From contig JBBTRV010000007.1 of NCBI GenBank assembly GCA_038065035.1, forward strand, positions 2,382-66,381: a stretch of 64,000 bases of DNA. The letters are read 5' to 3'. How positions within the stretch are numbered: position 1 is the first letter of the stretch; each line of letters opens with the position of its first letter. Below the pieces are notes generated by a model, which worked only from the letters and a program-made list of their open reading frames with translations, did not search any database and was not told the origin of the DNA. Below are positions 35,463 to 43,771 of this stretch, in pieces. Origin of the DNA: Patescibacteria group bacterium. GTDB lineage: Bacteria; Patescibacteriota; Minisyncoccia; UBA6257; UBA9933. The position numbers and the translations under genes were made by a program.

Positions 35463-36089
35463 ATGCAATTTCAAGTACCTCAATTTATCGATATTGAAAA
35501 TAAAATTGTCGGGCCTTTGAGTTTGAGGCAGTTTTTGTATGTGGCCGCCGCCGGCGGATTGAGCTTTTTGCTTTTTTTCCTGGATATTTTTAAGTTGTGG
35601 AGCTGGGTGATGCTCAGCGCTGTTTTGGTCGGCCTAGGCGCGGCATTGGCATTCGGCAAATATAACGGCCAGCCATTTCCTAAAATAGCGCTTCGGGCTT
35701 TTAGTTTTTTTGTAAGGCCCCGGCTTTATCTATGGCGAAGGGAAATTGAGGAAATAACCATTGATGTGCCGGAAATAAAGATTCCTGAAATTTTGCAGAA
35801 GCCCTTGGAAAAAGAAGCGAAAAAATCAACTGTTAAATTTCCAGCAATGAAACATCTTGAAATTCCGGCGGAAAATGTCGTAATCAAAAGAAAATCCTTG
35901 AAAGAATATTTTCCGGATATGCCGTCGGTGAAAAATTTGATGCTTAATTTAATGACTACTAAATCGCCGATTCCCAAAAGGGAAAAGCCTCACTTGCTCA
36001 ACTGGGGTCAAGTGCCGAAAGAAAAATTTGAGATTTTAAAGAGAATAACCGGAGAGAAAGAAATGGCAAGGCGAGTAGATTATAAATAG
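35463..36089 (+). CDS. PrgI-family (VirB3-like) membrane protein
   Basis: N-terminal FQVPQFIDIENKIVGPLSLRQFLYVAAAGGLSFLLFF resembles the PrgI family start; two TM helices. Confidence 0.6.
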   Translation: MQFQVPQFIDIENKIVGPLSLRQFLYVAAAGGLSFLLFFLDIFKLWSWVMLSAVLVGLGAALAFGKYNGQPFPKIALRAFSFFVRPRLYLWRREIEEITIDVPEIKIPEILQKPLEKEAKKSTVKFPAMKHLEIPAENVVIKRKSLKEYFPDMPSVKNLMLNLMTTKSPIPKREKPHLLNWGQVPKEKFEILKRITGEKEMARRVDYK

Positions 36090-36104
36090 TATATAATAAT
36101 ATAT

Positions 36105-36746
36105 ATGACACAAAATGTTTCCACGCAACAATTCGTTGATATTGAATCCGTTAAAAACGGCGTTTTGGTTTTAAAAAACGGCAGTTTGAGGAAAATTTTA
36201 ATGGTTTCCGGAATTAATTTTGACCTTAAGTCGGAAGAAGAACAGGGCATTATTATTAGCGCGTTTCAGAATTTTTTGAACACTTTGGAATTTTCCATCC
36301 AATTTCTTGTGCATTCAAGAAAAATGAATATTTCCGCTTATCTTGAAAAGCTTCAGCAAAGGGAAACTCAGGAAGAAAATGGGCTGTTGAAAAATCAAAT
36401 TTCCGAATATGTTGAGTTCGTCAGAACGTTCGTGGAAAATAACGCCGTGATGGCGAAAACTTTTTTCGCGGTGGTGCCTTACGATTCTGTTCAAATTTCC
36501 AAAATCGGCGGTAATATTTTGTCAAATGTGAAATTTTGGCAGAAGAACAAAAAAGTTGAAATAAAAGACGAAGATTTAGAGCAAAAAATTATGAGGATTA
36601 ACCAAAGGACAGAACAGGTAAGCAACGGTTTAAATCAAATCGGCCTTCGGGCGGTGGCTTTAAACGATGAAGAACTGACGGAATTATTTTATAATTTATA
36701 TAATCCCAGCGATATGGAGAAAAAGGAAATAAAACATGGAAATTAA
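36105..36746 (+). CDS. VirB4/PrgJ-family ATPase, N-terminal domain encoded as a separate ORF
   Basis: VDIESVKNGVLVLKNGSLRKILMVSGINFDLKSEEEQ matches the N-terminal region of Gram-positive VirB4 homologs; overlaps the next ORF by 11 nt in another frame. Confidence 0.65.
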   Translation: MTQNVSTQQFVDIESVKNGVLVLKNGSLRKILMVSGINFDLKSEEEQGIIISAFQNFLNTLEFSIQFLVHSRKMNISAYLEKLQQRETQEENGLLKNQISEYVEFVRTFVENNAVMAKTFFAVVPYDSVQISKIGGNILSNVKFWQKNKKVEIKDEDLEQKIMRINQRTEQVSNGLNQIGLRAVALNDEELTELFYNLYNPSDMEKKEIKHGN

Positions 36747-38475
36747 AATCCCCCAATCTTATAATGCTTCGGAGAAAGACGCTAAAGACATTATTGCGCC
36801 GGCGGCTTTGGAAAATAATCCCGGCTATCTGAAACTTGGCGACAAATTCGTTAAAACAATTTTCATTTTTACTTATCCGCGCTATTTATCAAGCAGCTGG
36901 CTTAATCAGTCGATTAATCTGCCGGAAATGATGGATATCGCGATTTATTTCCATCCCATAGACACGGTTTTAGCTCTTAAAAATTTGAAGAAAAAAACCG
37001 CCAATATTGAAGCTCAACTGATGGACAGGGAAGAAAAAGGATTAATAAGGGATCCCCAGCTTGAAACCGCTTATCAGGATATAGAAATGCTGCGCGACAC
37101 CTTACAGCAGGCGCAAGAGAAAATATTTAATGCCGGCGTGTATATAACTTTCCAGGCAGACTCTCTTGAAGGATTAACTAAATTGGAAGAAAAAATAACT
37201 ACTTTATTTGAAAGCCAGTTGATTTACGTTAAGCCTGCGCTTTTCCAACAGATAGAAGGATTTTCTTCAACTTTGCCTTTGGCTTCGGATAAACTGGGTG
37301 TTTGGACTCCGCTTAACACCGCGCCCGCTTCCTCGCTTTTTCCTTTTTCTTCAATGGACTTGACTTATGACGATGGCATTCTTTACGGCATCAATCGTCA
37401 TAATAACGGCTTGATTATTTTTGACCGGTTTTCTTTGGAGAATGCGAATTTAGTTGTATTTGCCAAAGCCGGCGCCGGCAAAAGTTATTCGGTTAAGTTG
37501 GAAATCATCCGTTCAATGATGATGGGAATAGATGTTTTGATTATTGACCCGGAAAATGAATACCAGAAATTGGCAAACACGGTTGGCGGCAGTTTCTTTA
37601 AAATTTCTTTGACTTCGGAAAACGCAGTTAATCCTTTTGACATTCCAATTATTCCGAAAAATGAAGACGCCGGCGATATTTTTAAATCCCATATTTTAAA
37701 TCTTACCGGACTTTTGAAATTGATGCTTGGTAAAATCACTCCTGAAGAAGACGCGCTTTTGGATAGAGCGATTACGGAAACTTACGCTTCGCGGGGCATC
37801 ACCGCTGATATACGGGATTTTACCAATATTGCTCCGCCTTTGCTTGAAGATTTAGAGCAGGTTCTTGAAAATATGGAAGGCGGCCGGGGATTGGCCGAGC
37901 GGCTGTATAAATTTACCAAAGGCACTTACGCCGGATTTACCAATCGGCCGACCAATATCGATATAAAAAATCGCTTGATTGTTTTTTCAGTTCGTGATTT
38001 GGAAGAAGAGCTGAGGCCGATAGCAATTTATATCGTGCTTAATTTCGTCTGGAATTTGATTCGGGCCGAACTTAAAAAAAGAATTTTAGTGATTGACGAA
38101 GCATGGTGGATGATGAAATATCCGGACAGCGCCAGCTTTTTGTTTAGCTTGGCGAAGCGCTGCCGGAAATATTATCTTGGGCTGACGACCATTACTCAAA
38201 ACGTGGCGGATTTTCTGGAATCGCCTTATGGCCGGCCGATTATTACTAATTCGTCGCTTCAGCTTTTATTGAAACAAGCGCCGGCGGAAATAGAAATTAT
38301 CGCTAAAACTTTCAATCTTTCCGAAGCGGAAAAGCAATTACTATTGGAAGCCAATATCGGTGAAGGATTGTTTTTCGCCGGCTTAAAACACGCGGCAATT
38401 CAGATTATTCCGTCTTATTTTGAAAATCAGATTATTACCACTAATCCGGAGGAGATATTGGAGATGAAAGAGTAA
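36736..38475 (+). CDS. VirB4/TraC/PrgJ-family conjugation-type ATPase (central and C-terminal part)
   Basis: IIAPAALENNPGYLKLGDKFVKTIFIFTYPRYL entry motif, Walker A GAGKS, Walker B ILVIDEAWWMM. Confidence 0.85.
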   Translation: MEIKIPQSYNASEKDAKDIIAPAALENNPGYLKLGDKFVKTIFIFTYPRYLSSSWLNQSINLPEMMDIAIYFHPIDTVLALKNLKKKTANIEAQLMDREEKGLIRDPQLETAYQDIEMLRDTLQQAQEKIFNAGVYITFQADSLEGLTKLEEKITTLFESQLIYVKPALFQQIEGFSSTLPLASDKLGVWTPLNTAPASSLFPFSSMDLTYDDGILYGINRHNNGLIIFDRFSLENANLVVFAKAGAGKSYSVKLEIIRSMMMGIDVLIIDPENEYQKLANTVGGSFFKISLTSENAVNPFDIPIIPKNEDAGDIFKSHILNLTGLLKLMLGKITPEEDALLDRAITETYASRGITADIRDFTNIAPPLLEDLEQVLENMEGGRGLAERLYKFTKGTYAGFTNRPTNIDIKNRLIVFSVRDLEEELRPIAIYIVLNFVWNLIRAELKKRILVIDEAWWMMKYPDSASFLFSLAKRCRKYYLGLTTITQNVADFLESPYGRPIITNSSLQLLLKQAPAEIEIIAKTFNLSEAEKQLLLEANIGEGLFFAGLKHAAIQIIPSYFENQIITTNPEEILEMKE

Positions 38476-38483
38476 AAATATTT

Positions 38484-38813
38484 ATGGAGAAAAAAATTTC
38501 ATTGCCGGAGATAATTTTAATCAATTTATATATTATTCCGTTAGATGCAATTGGTTTATTGCTAGTTTTTTTCGGATTGGACGATTTTTGGATTATAGAT
38601 ATTTTAACCTTTCCAATAACCCAATTTTATTTTAGAATGATAGGAGCGAAAGCTAACGCCGATTTAATCACTAGTCTGGTGGAATTAATTCCTTATGTTG
38701 GCGCTTTGCCGATTAAAAGCATTGGTGTTAATTTGACTATTTATTTTACTAATCACCCGCCAAAAATAATGGAAAATTTGCCGATTTCAAAAATGGCTGG
38801 AGTAAAAAAATAA
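38484..38813 (+). CDS. small membrane protein (109 aa)
   Basis: two hydrophobic helices; position in cluster. Confidence 0.4.
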   Translation: MEKKISLPEIILINLYIIPLDAIGLLLVFFGLDDFWIIDILTFPITQFYFRMIGAKANADLITSLVELIPYVGALPIKSIGVNLTIYFTNHPPKIMENLPISKMAGVKK

Positions 38814-38823
38814 AATAACAAAA

Positions 38824-39546
38824 ATGACGAATTTCAAAATTCAAATAGGATTTATAAGTCTAATAAGTTTAATAGGATTTGTAGGACAAATAGGATATGC
38901 CCAAATTTCGCCTCAATTTATGGTTAGTTGGCAGGCGGATTCAACAGCGCCGGCATGGTATTCGGGAAAAATTTTTCCGACTAAAGATTCGCCGGTTGAA
39001 ATAAGTTTTGAATTGATTGACAGCAGTTCGGCTTCGCTCACTGCAGGCGGCAAAATTGTCGACCTTTCAAAAACCACTATCCGCTGGTATATTAACGATA
39101 AATTAGTTAAAAATGAAAGCGACGGTTTGGGAATCAAGTATTTAAAATTTATCACAGCTGATTATCCGGGACAAGACACGGAAATCAGAATCTCCATTCC
39201 GAATTATAAAAATTTCGGGCCATTGGATAAAATCATCGCAATTCCCATTGTTAAGCCGCAAACGATTATTATCGCTCCTTATTCCGATAGAAAAATAACC
39301 GCTGGCAAAAGCGTGTTTGAAGCGATTCCGTTTTTTTTCAGCGCGAAAGATTTAAGCAATATTACTTATAAGTGGTTTGTTGATAATCGGGTGGTTTCTG
39401 ACATTGGCGATAATCAGAGGATTCTTGATTTTAATATCCCGCAAGAAGTGCCCAAAGGAACAGTTGTTAATATTAAAGCGACAATAAAGAATTTATTAAA
39501 AGATTTGGAATTTTCCAGTGGGAACTTAAATGTGGAAATAAAATAA
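38824..39546 (+). CDS. secreted protein with two tandem ~90-aa beta-rich domains
   Basis: signal peptide ending AQI; internal duplication (TIRWYINDKLV / TYKWFVDNRVV). Confidence 0.4.
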   Translation: MTNFKIQIGFISLISLIGFVGQIGYAQISPQFMVSWQADSTAPAWYSGKIFPTKDSPVEISFELIDSSSASLTAGGKIVDLSKTTIRWYINDKLVKNESDGLGIKYLKFITADYPGQDTEIRISIPNYKNFGPLDKIIAIPIVKPQTIIIAPYSDRKITAGKSVFEAIPFFFSAKDLSNITYKWFVDNRVVSDIGDNQRILDFNIPQEVPKGTVVNIKATIKNLLKDLEFSSGNLNVEIK

Positions 39547-39548
39547 TT

Positions 39549-40238
39549 ATGTTCGCAAAAATTTTTATTTTTTTGATATTTATTTTTGTTTTAATGTCAG
39601 GCGGTTTTATAAGTCATGGTGCGCAATTTGATTATCCGTGGTCGGGAATAACGGAAGTCGGCGGCCAAAGCGGATTAGTAGCTGAATTTTACCAAATCGC
39701 TTTGGCTTTGGTTAGCGTAACCGCTTTTGCAGTGATGGTTTTCGCCGGAGTGCTTTATATTGTTAGCGCCAGTAATCCATCAAAACAAAAAGAAGCCATG
39801 GATTGGATTTGGGCCGCTGTTTTTGGCATTGTGCTTTTATTGGGAGCGTATTTGTTGTTTTACACAATAAATCCGGAATTAGTGAAATTAACGCTGCCGG
39901 GGGTAGATAAAATCGATCTTCCTCTACCTTCAATCTTAAGTCCGTCTTCAAGCCCTGTTTTAGCTCAAGCACCGTTAAATCCGGCAGCAACTAATATGAT
40001 TTCTTTGCAACCTCCATCAGCTGCTGAAGTAGCTGCTTGCCAAAGAGATGCGTCAACAATTCAAGACGCCAGCGGGAAGAAAGCTTATTGTGATGGAAAT
40101 AAACAAAATAAATATGAATGGATTAGCGGGAAATGTGATAGCATAGCTACGACAAGAGATGCTCAAAATTATTGCAAACAAAAAGGAAAAACCGACGCAG
40201 TTTTCGCTAAAGATTGGGGAGTTTGTTGTAAACCATAA
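39549..40238 (+). CDS. T4SS-type pilin (TrbC/VirB2-like, Gram-positive/CPR pilin family) with Cys-rich C-terminal extension
   Basis: signal peptide, then FYQIALALVSVTAFAVMVFAGVLYIVSASNPSKQKEAMDWIWAAVFGIVLLLGAYLL matching the two-helix SAGNPSK-type pilin core; ~90-aa tail with 7 Cys. Confidence 0.65.
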   Translation: MFAKIFIFLIFIFVLMSGGFISHGAQFDYPWSGITEVGGQSGLVAEFYQIALALVSVTAFAVMVFAGVLYIVSASNPSKQKEAMDWIWAAVFGIVLLLGAYLLFYTINPELVKLTLPGVDKIDLPLPSILSPSSSPVLAQAPLNPAATNMISLQPPSAAEVAACQRDASTIQDASGKKAYCDGNKQNKYEWISGKCDSIATTRDAQNYCKQKGKTDAVFAKDWGVCCKP

Positions 40239-40257
40239 CTCAAACCATTTTACTTAA

Positions 40258-41403
40258 ATGAAAAAAGCAATTTCAATATTAATTATAATTTTATTTATTG
40301 TTGCCATTGGCGTTGGCGTTTATTTCGGCTGGCAGAAATCAAGGGAAATTTTAACGCCGCCGTCAGATATTAACCCGCAACCCATAATTGATAATCAACA
40401 ACAGCCGCCTTTAACGGCTCCGAAGCCGAAATTAAAAATTATCAGCGTTCAATCAGCTTTTGATTATTGGACGGCTGTTTCCGGAGATGTTTTTTATATT
40501 AATCAAGAAGGCAAAATTTTTAAAGCGAAGTCCGGTAGTGAGCTTGGCTCTACTACTCGGGTGAATGAAAAAGAAGATGAGCTGATTAGCAATAGAGAAA
40601 TTAATAATCTTACCAGTATAAAATCGAATAAAGACGGAACAATGGTAATGGTTAAATACGGCGATTTGAGTTTTCCAAAGCTGGAAATTTTTGACGTTAA
40701 TAAAAAAGTTTGGCAGTTGATCGGAGATAATATAAGCGTTGCTGATTTTTCTCCGGACAGCTTAAAAATAATTTACGTTGAAAAAAAGGGCAATGGAACA
40801 AGCGATTTAATTACCAAAGATTTAAATTCCGCTAAACCAAAGACTATTAAAATTATGTCTTTATCTTATTTGCCATATGACTTGGCGTGGATTGGCGCGA
40901 ATAATATTTTGCTGATTCCGGCGCCTTCCGCCGGCTACGCCGGAGAAATTTGGCAAATTGACATAAAAAATAAAACAATCAAATCTTTCGCAAGCGATTT
41001 CGGCTTATCAATAAAATTGTTTTCCGGGAGCGATAATGGCTTGCTGTTTGATAGCACTAAGAATCAAATGAGTTTAGTTGACGCTAATGGCGCGATAAAA
41101 GCAAATATAGGAATTTCAACTCTGCCGGAAAAATGTTTTATGAATGCGTCTAAAATTTATTGCGCTATTATGCAAAATTATTCAAATACTCTGCCGAAGC
41201 CAATTCTTCCCGATGATTATTTGAAAAAAGCGTTTTATTCGCGGGATAAAATTTACGCTATTGACATAGCCGATAATTCTTCCGAGCTTGTTTTAAGCGA
41301 TGAATTGCCGCCGGCTATTGACGCTGTTAATTTATCTTTAAATGGAAATAATTTGTTTTTCATTAATCGTTATGATAATAGGGTTTACAATTTAGAATTA
41401 TAG
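40258..41403 (+). CDS. membrane-anchored beta-propeller-like (TolB-like) protein
   Basis: N-terminal TM anchor; repetitive beta-strand content; last gene of the cluster. Confidence 0.4.
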   Translation: MKKAISILIIILFIVAIGVGVYFGWQKSREILTPPSDINPQPIIDNQQQPPLTAPKPKLKIISVQSAFDYWTAVSGDVFYINQEGKIFKAKSGSELGSTTRVNEKEDELISNREINNLTSIKSNKDGTMVMVKYGDLSFPKLEIFDVNKKVWQLIGDNISVADFSPDSLKIIYVEKKGNGTSDLITKDLNSAKPKTIKIMSLSYLPYDLAWIGANNILLIPAPSAGYAGEIWQIDIKNKTIKSFASDFGLSIKLFSGSDNGLLFDSTKNQMSLVDANGAIKANIGISTLPEKCFMNASKIYCAIMQNYSNTLPKPILPDDYLKKAFYSRDKIYAIDIADNSSELVLSDELPPAIDAVNLSLNGNNLFFINRYDNRVYNLEL

Positions 41404-41404
41404 A

Positions 41405-42742
41405 ATGTCCTTCTTTAAGCGAATTTTTTTATATTTAAAAATGCCGGAAATGCGGCTTTTTTGGTATTTTGTTTTATTTTTCGCGATTTTTTGGGCAGTT
41501 AATTTTCTCGTTAATTTTGAAATTATTTATTTATCAATGCCGCTGATTTTTATTAATAGCGGACTACTGATGTTTTTTTTAATTTTTGCTTTTTCTCATA
41601 GCATAAAATTAGCCGGGAAAAATCTTGAAATAAAAACCGACAAAGCTGCTTTCGTGAATATTCTTTCCGTTTTGCCGAGTGGCATCGTCGTCTACGATAG
41701 AAATCTAAAAATTTTGCTTTTTAACAAGACGGCGGAGAGTATTTTTGGCATCAGCGTTGATGATGTTGTGGGACAGCGTTTTAGTCCTGACAGAGTTAGC
41801 CAATCGCGCTACCAGCTTTTAAGTCAGGTTCTTTTTCCGTCGTTAGCTCCGACGGTTGTTAAATATTCAGACGCTGGAGGGTACCCTCAAACAATGGATT
41901 TATCTTTTGAAAATCCGAATATCGAATTAAGAATTATCACCGATAAATTTATTGACGCGAACGGTGATGCGGTTGGATTCATTAAAATAATCAGCGACAG
42001 GACGCGCGAAAAAGAAATGCTGCGTTCAAAAAGCGAATTTATTTCAGTTGCCGCCCACCAATTAAGAACGCCGTTGTCAGGGCTTAACTGGGCGATGGAG
42101 AGTTTGGCAAAAGAAGCGATAAGTGAAGCGCAAAAAGAAATTATTGATACTGCGCTTAAGGCCACGGCTTATCTTTTGAAGATAGTCAACGACTTGCTTG
42201 ACGTTTCAAAAATAGAAGAAGGCCGTTTCGGCTATAATTTTGAGGAAGTGAATATGGCTGATTTTATAGAAACAGTTATAGGAGAAACAAAAGAATTAAG
42301 CGAAGAATCGGGCATTAAAATTAATTTTCAGAAACCGGAATCGGATATTAAGGCGACTATTGACCCACAGAAATTAGGCATGGTTTTGTTTAATCTTTTA
42401 GATAATGCTGTTAGATATAATGTTAAAAACGGGGAGGTCTTCGTTGATTTAGATAAATTAAAAGATAAACCATATATCAGGATTAGCGTTAAAGATACTG
42501 GCATTGGGATCGCTGAACAGGAAAAAGAGAAATTATTTACTAAATTTTTCAGGGCGGATAATGCCATTAAAGCCGCTCCAAATGGTAGTGGATTAGGGCT
42601 TTACATAGTGAAAAATATCATTAAAAGGCACGGTGGAGAAGCTTGGTTTGAATCGGAAATAAATCGCGGCTCAACTTTTTATTTTACTTTACCGATTGAT
42701 TCAAAATTGATACCAGTAAAAGAAATAGCATATGACGAATAA
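41405..42742 (+). CDS. sensor histidine kinase (TM helices, PAS, HisKA, HATPase_c)
   Basis: H-box SVAAHQLRTPLSGL; N, G1, G2 boxes (LLDNAVRYN, DTGIGI, GLGLYIV). Confidence 0.85.
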   Translation: MSFFKRIFLYLKMPEMRLFWYFVLFFAIFWAVNFLVNFEIIYLSMPLIFINSGLLMFFLIFAFSHSIKLAGKNLEIKTDKAAFVNILSVLPSGIVVYDRNLKILLFNKTAESIFGISVDDVVGQRFSPDRVSQSRYQLLSQVLFPSLAPTVVKYSDAGGYPQTMDLSFENPNIELRIITDKFIDANGDAVGFIKIISDRTREKEMLRSKSEFISVAAHQLRTPLSGLNWAMESLAKEAISEAQKEIIDTALKATAYLLKIVNDLLDVSKIEEGRFGYNFEEVNMADFIETVIGETKELSEESGIKINFQKPESDIKATIDPQKLGMVLFNLLDNAVRYNVKNGEVFVDLDKLKDKPYIRISVKDTGIGIAEQEKEKLFTKFFRADNAIKAAPNGSGLGLYIVKNIIKRHGGEAWFESEINRGSTFYFTLPIDSKLIPVKEIAYDE

Positions 42743-42745
42743 TTT

Positions 42746-42815
42746 ACGAAATACGAATATGTACAAATATACGAATAAAAATTAGTATATTCGTAATTGA
42801 TTAGTATTTCGTGAA
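42746..42815. promoter_or_regulatory. TACGAA/TTCGTA heptamer array and inverted repeats upstream of fpg
   Basis: TTTACGAAATACGAATATGTACAAATATACGAATA followed by TATATTCGTAAT and TATTTCGTGAAT; shares its first block with 21357..21392. Confidence 0.5.
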
Positions 42816-42829
42816 TAAGCGAAGCGAAT

Positions 42830-43771
42830 ATGCCAGAGCTTCCTGAAGTTCAAACAATAGTAGAAGATTTAAAGAAAAAGGTTGTTGGCAGAATAATTAC
42901 CGGCGTTTGGTTTGACGCTCCGAAGATAATCACCCTTCGACTGGCTCAGGGTGATGGTGAGCGAAGTCGAACCATCAAAAAACCAAAAGCCACAGAATTC
43001 CAAAAACAAATTAAAGGATTAAAAATTACAGATATTCAGAGGCGCGGGAAAAATATACTTATTTATCTTGTTAAAAGCTATAAACTAAAAGCTAAAAGCT
43101 GTTATTTATTGCTTATTCATCAGAAGATGACCGGGCATCTGTTAGTTGGCAAATGGCAAATGGTAAATGGTAAAGTGGAAAGTTTGATTAAAGGGTTGTT
43201 GCGGGAAAAAGTTAATAACTATATCCATTTAATTTTTTATCTTGATAATGGCTGGCAATTAGCGCTTTCTGATTTAAGGAAATTCGCCAAAGTTTTGTTT
43301 GGTTTAAAAGAAGAAATTGAAAATTTGCCAGATTTAAAGATGCTTGGACCTGAGCCGCTCGATGAAAGTTTTAAGATTGATAAGTTTATAAGTTTAATAA
43401 GTTTGGAGAAAAGAAAAATCAAGCAGGTTTTAATGGACCAAGAGGTGATTTCCGGTATTGGCAATATTTACAGCGATGAGATTTTATGGCAAGCGAAAAT
43501 CCATCCTTTTACTCCAGCCAATAGATTGAAAACAGGGCAGTTAAAAACCATATATTCGTCTATGCGCCAAATATTAAAAAAAGCCATAAAATTGCGCGGC
43601 ACTTCTATTAGCGATTTTCGGGACACTTCCGGCAAATCCGGCGCTTATGCCGATATTAGAAAAGTATATGCTAAAGAAGGGGAAAAGTGTCAACGTTGTC
43701 AAACCTTAATTAAAAGAATTAAAATAGGAGGAAGAAGCGCACATTTTTGCCCTAAATGCCAAATAATATGA
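42830..43771 (+). CDS. fpg: formamidopyrimidine-DNA glycosylase (Fpg/MutM/Nei family)
   Basis: MPELPEVQT N-terminus, H2TH region, C-terminal C4 zinc finger CQRC ... CPKC. Confidence 0.9.
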   Translation: MPELPEVQTIVEDLKKKVVGRIITGVWFDAPKIITLRLAQGDGERSRTIKKPKATEFQKQIKGLKITDIQRRGKNILIYLVKSYKLKAKSCYLLLIHQKMTGHLLVGKWQMVNGKVESLIKGLLREKVNNYIHLIFYLDNGWQLALSDLRKFAKVLFGLKEEIENLPDLKMLGPEPLDESFKIDKFISLISLEKRKIKQVLMDQEVISGIGNIYSDEILWQAKIHPFTPANRLKTGQLKTIYSSMRQILKKAIKLRGTSISDFRDTSGKSGAYADIRKVYAKEGEKCQRCQTLIKRIKIGGRSAHFCPKCQII

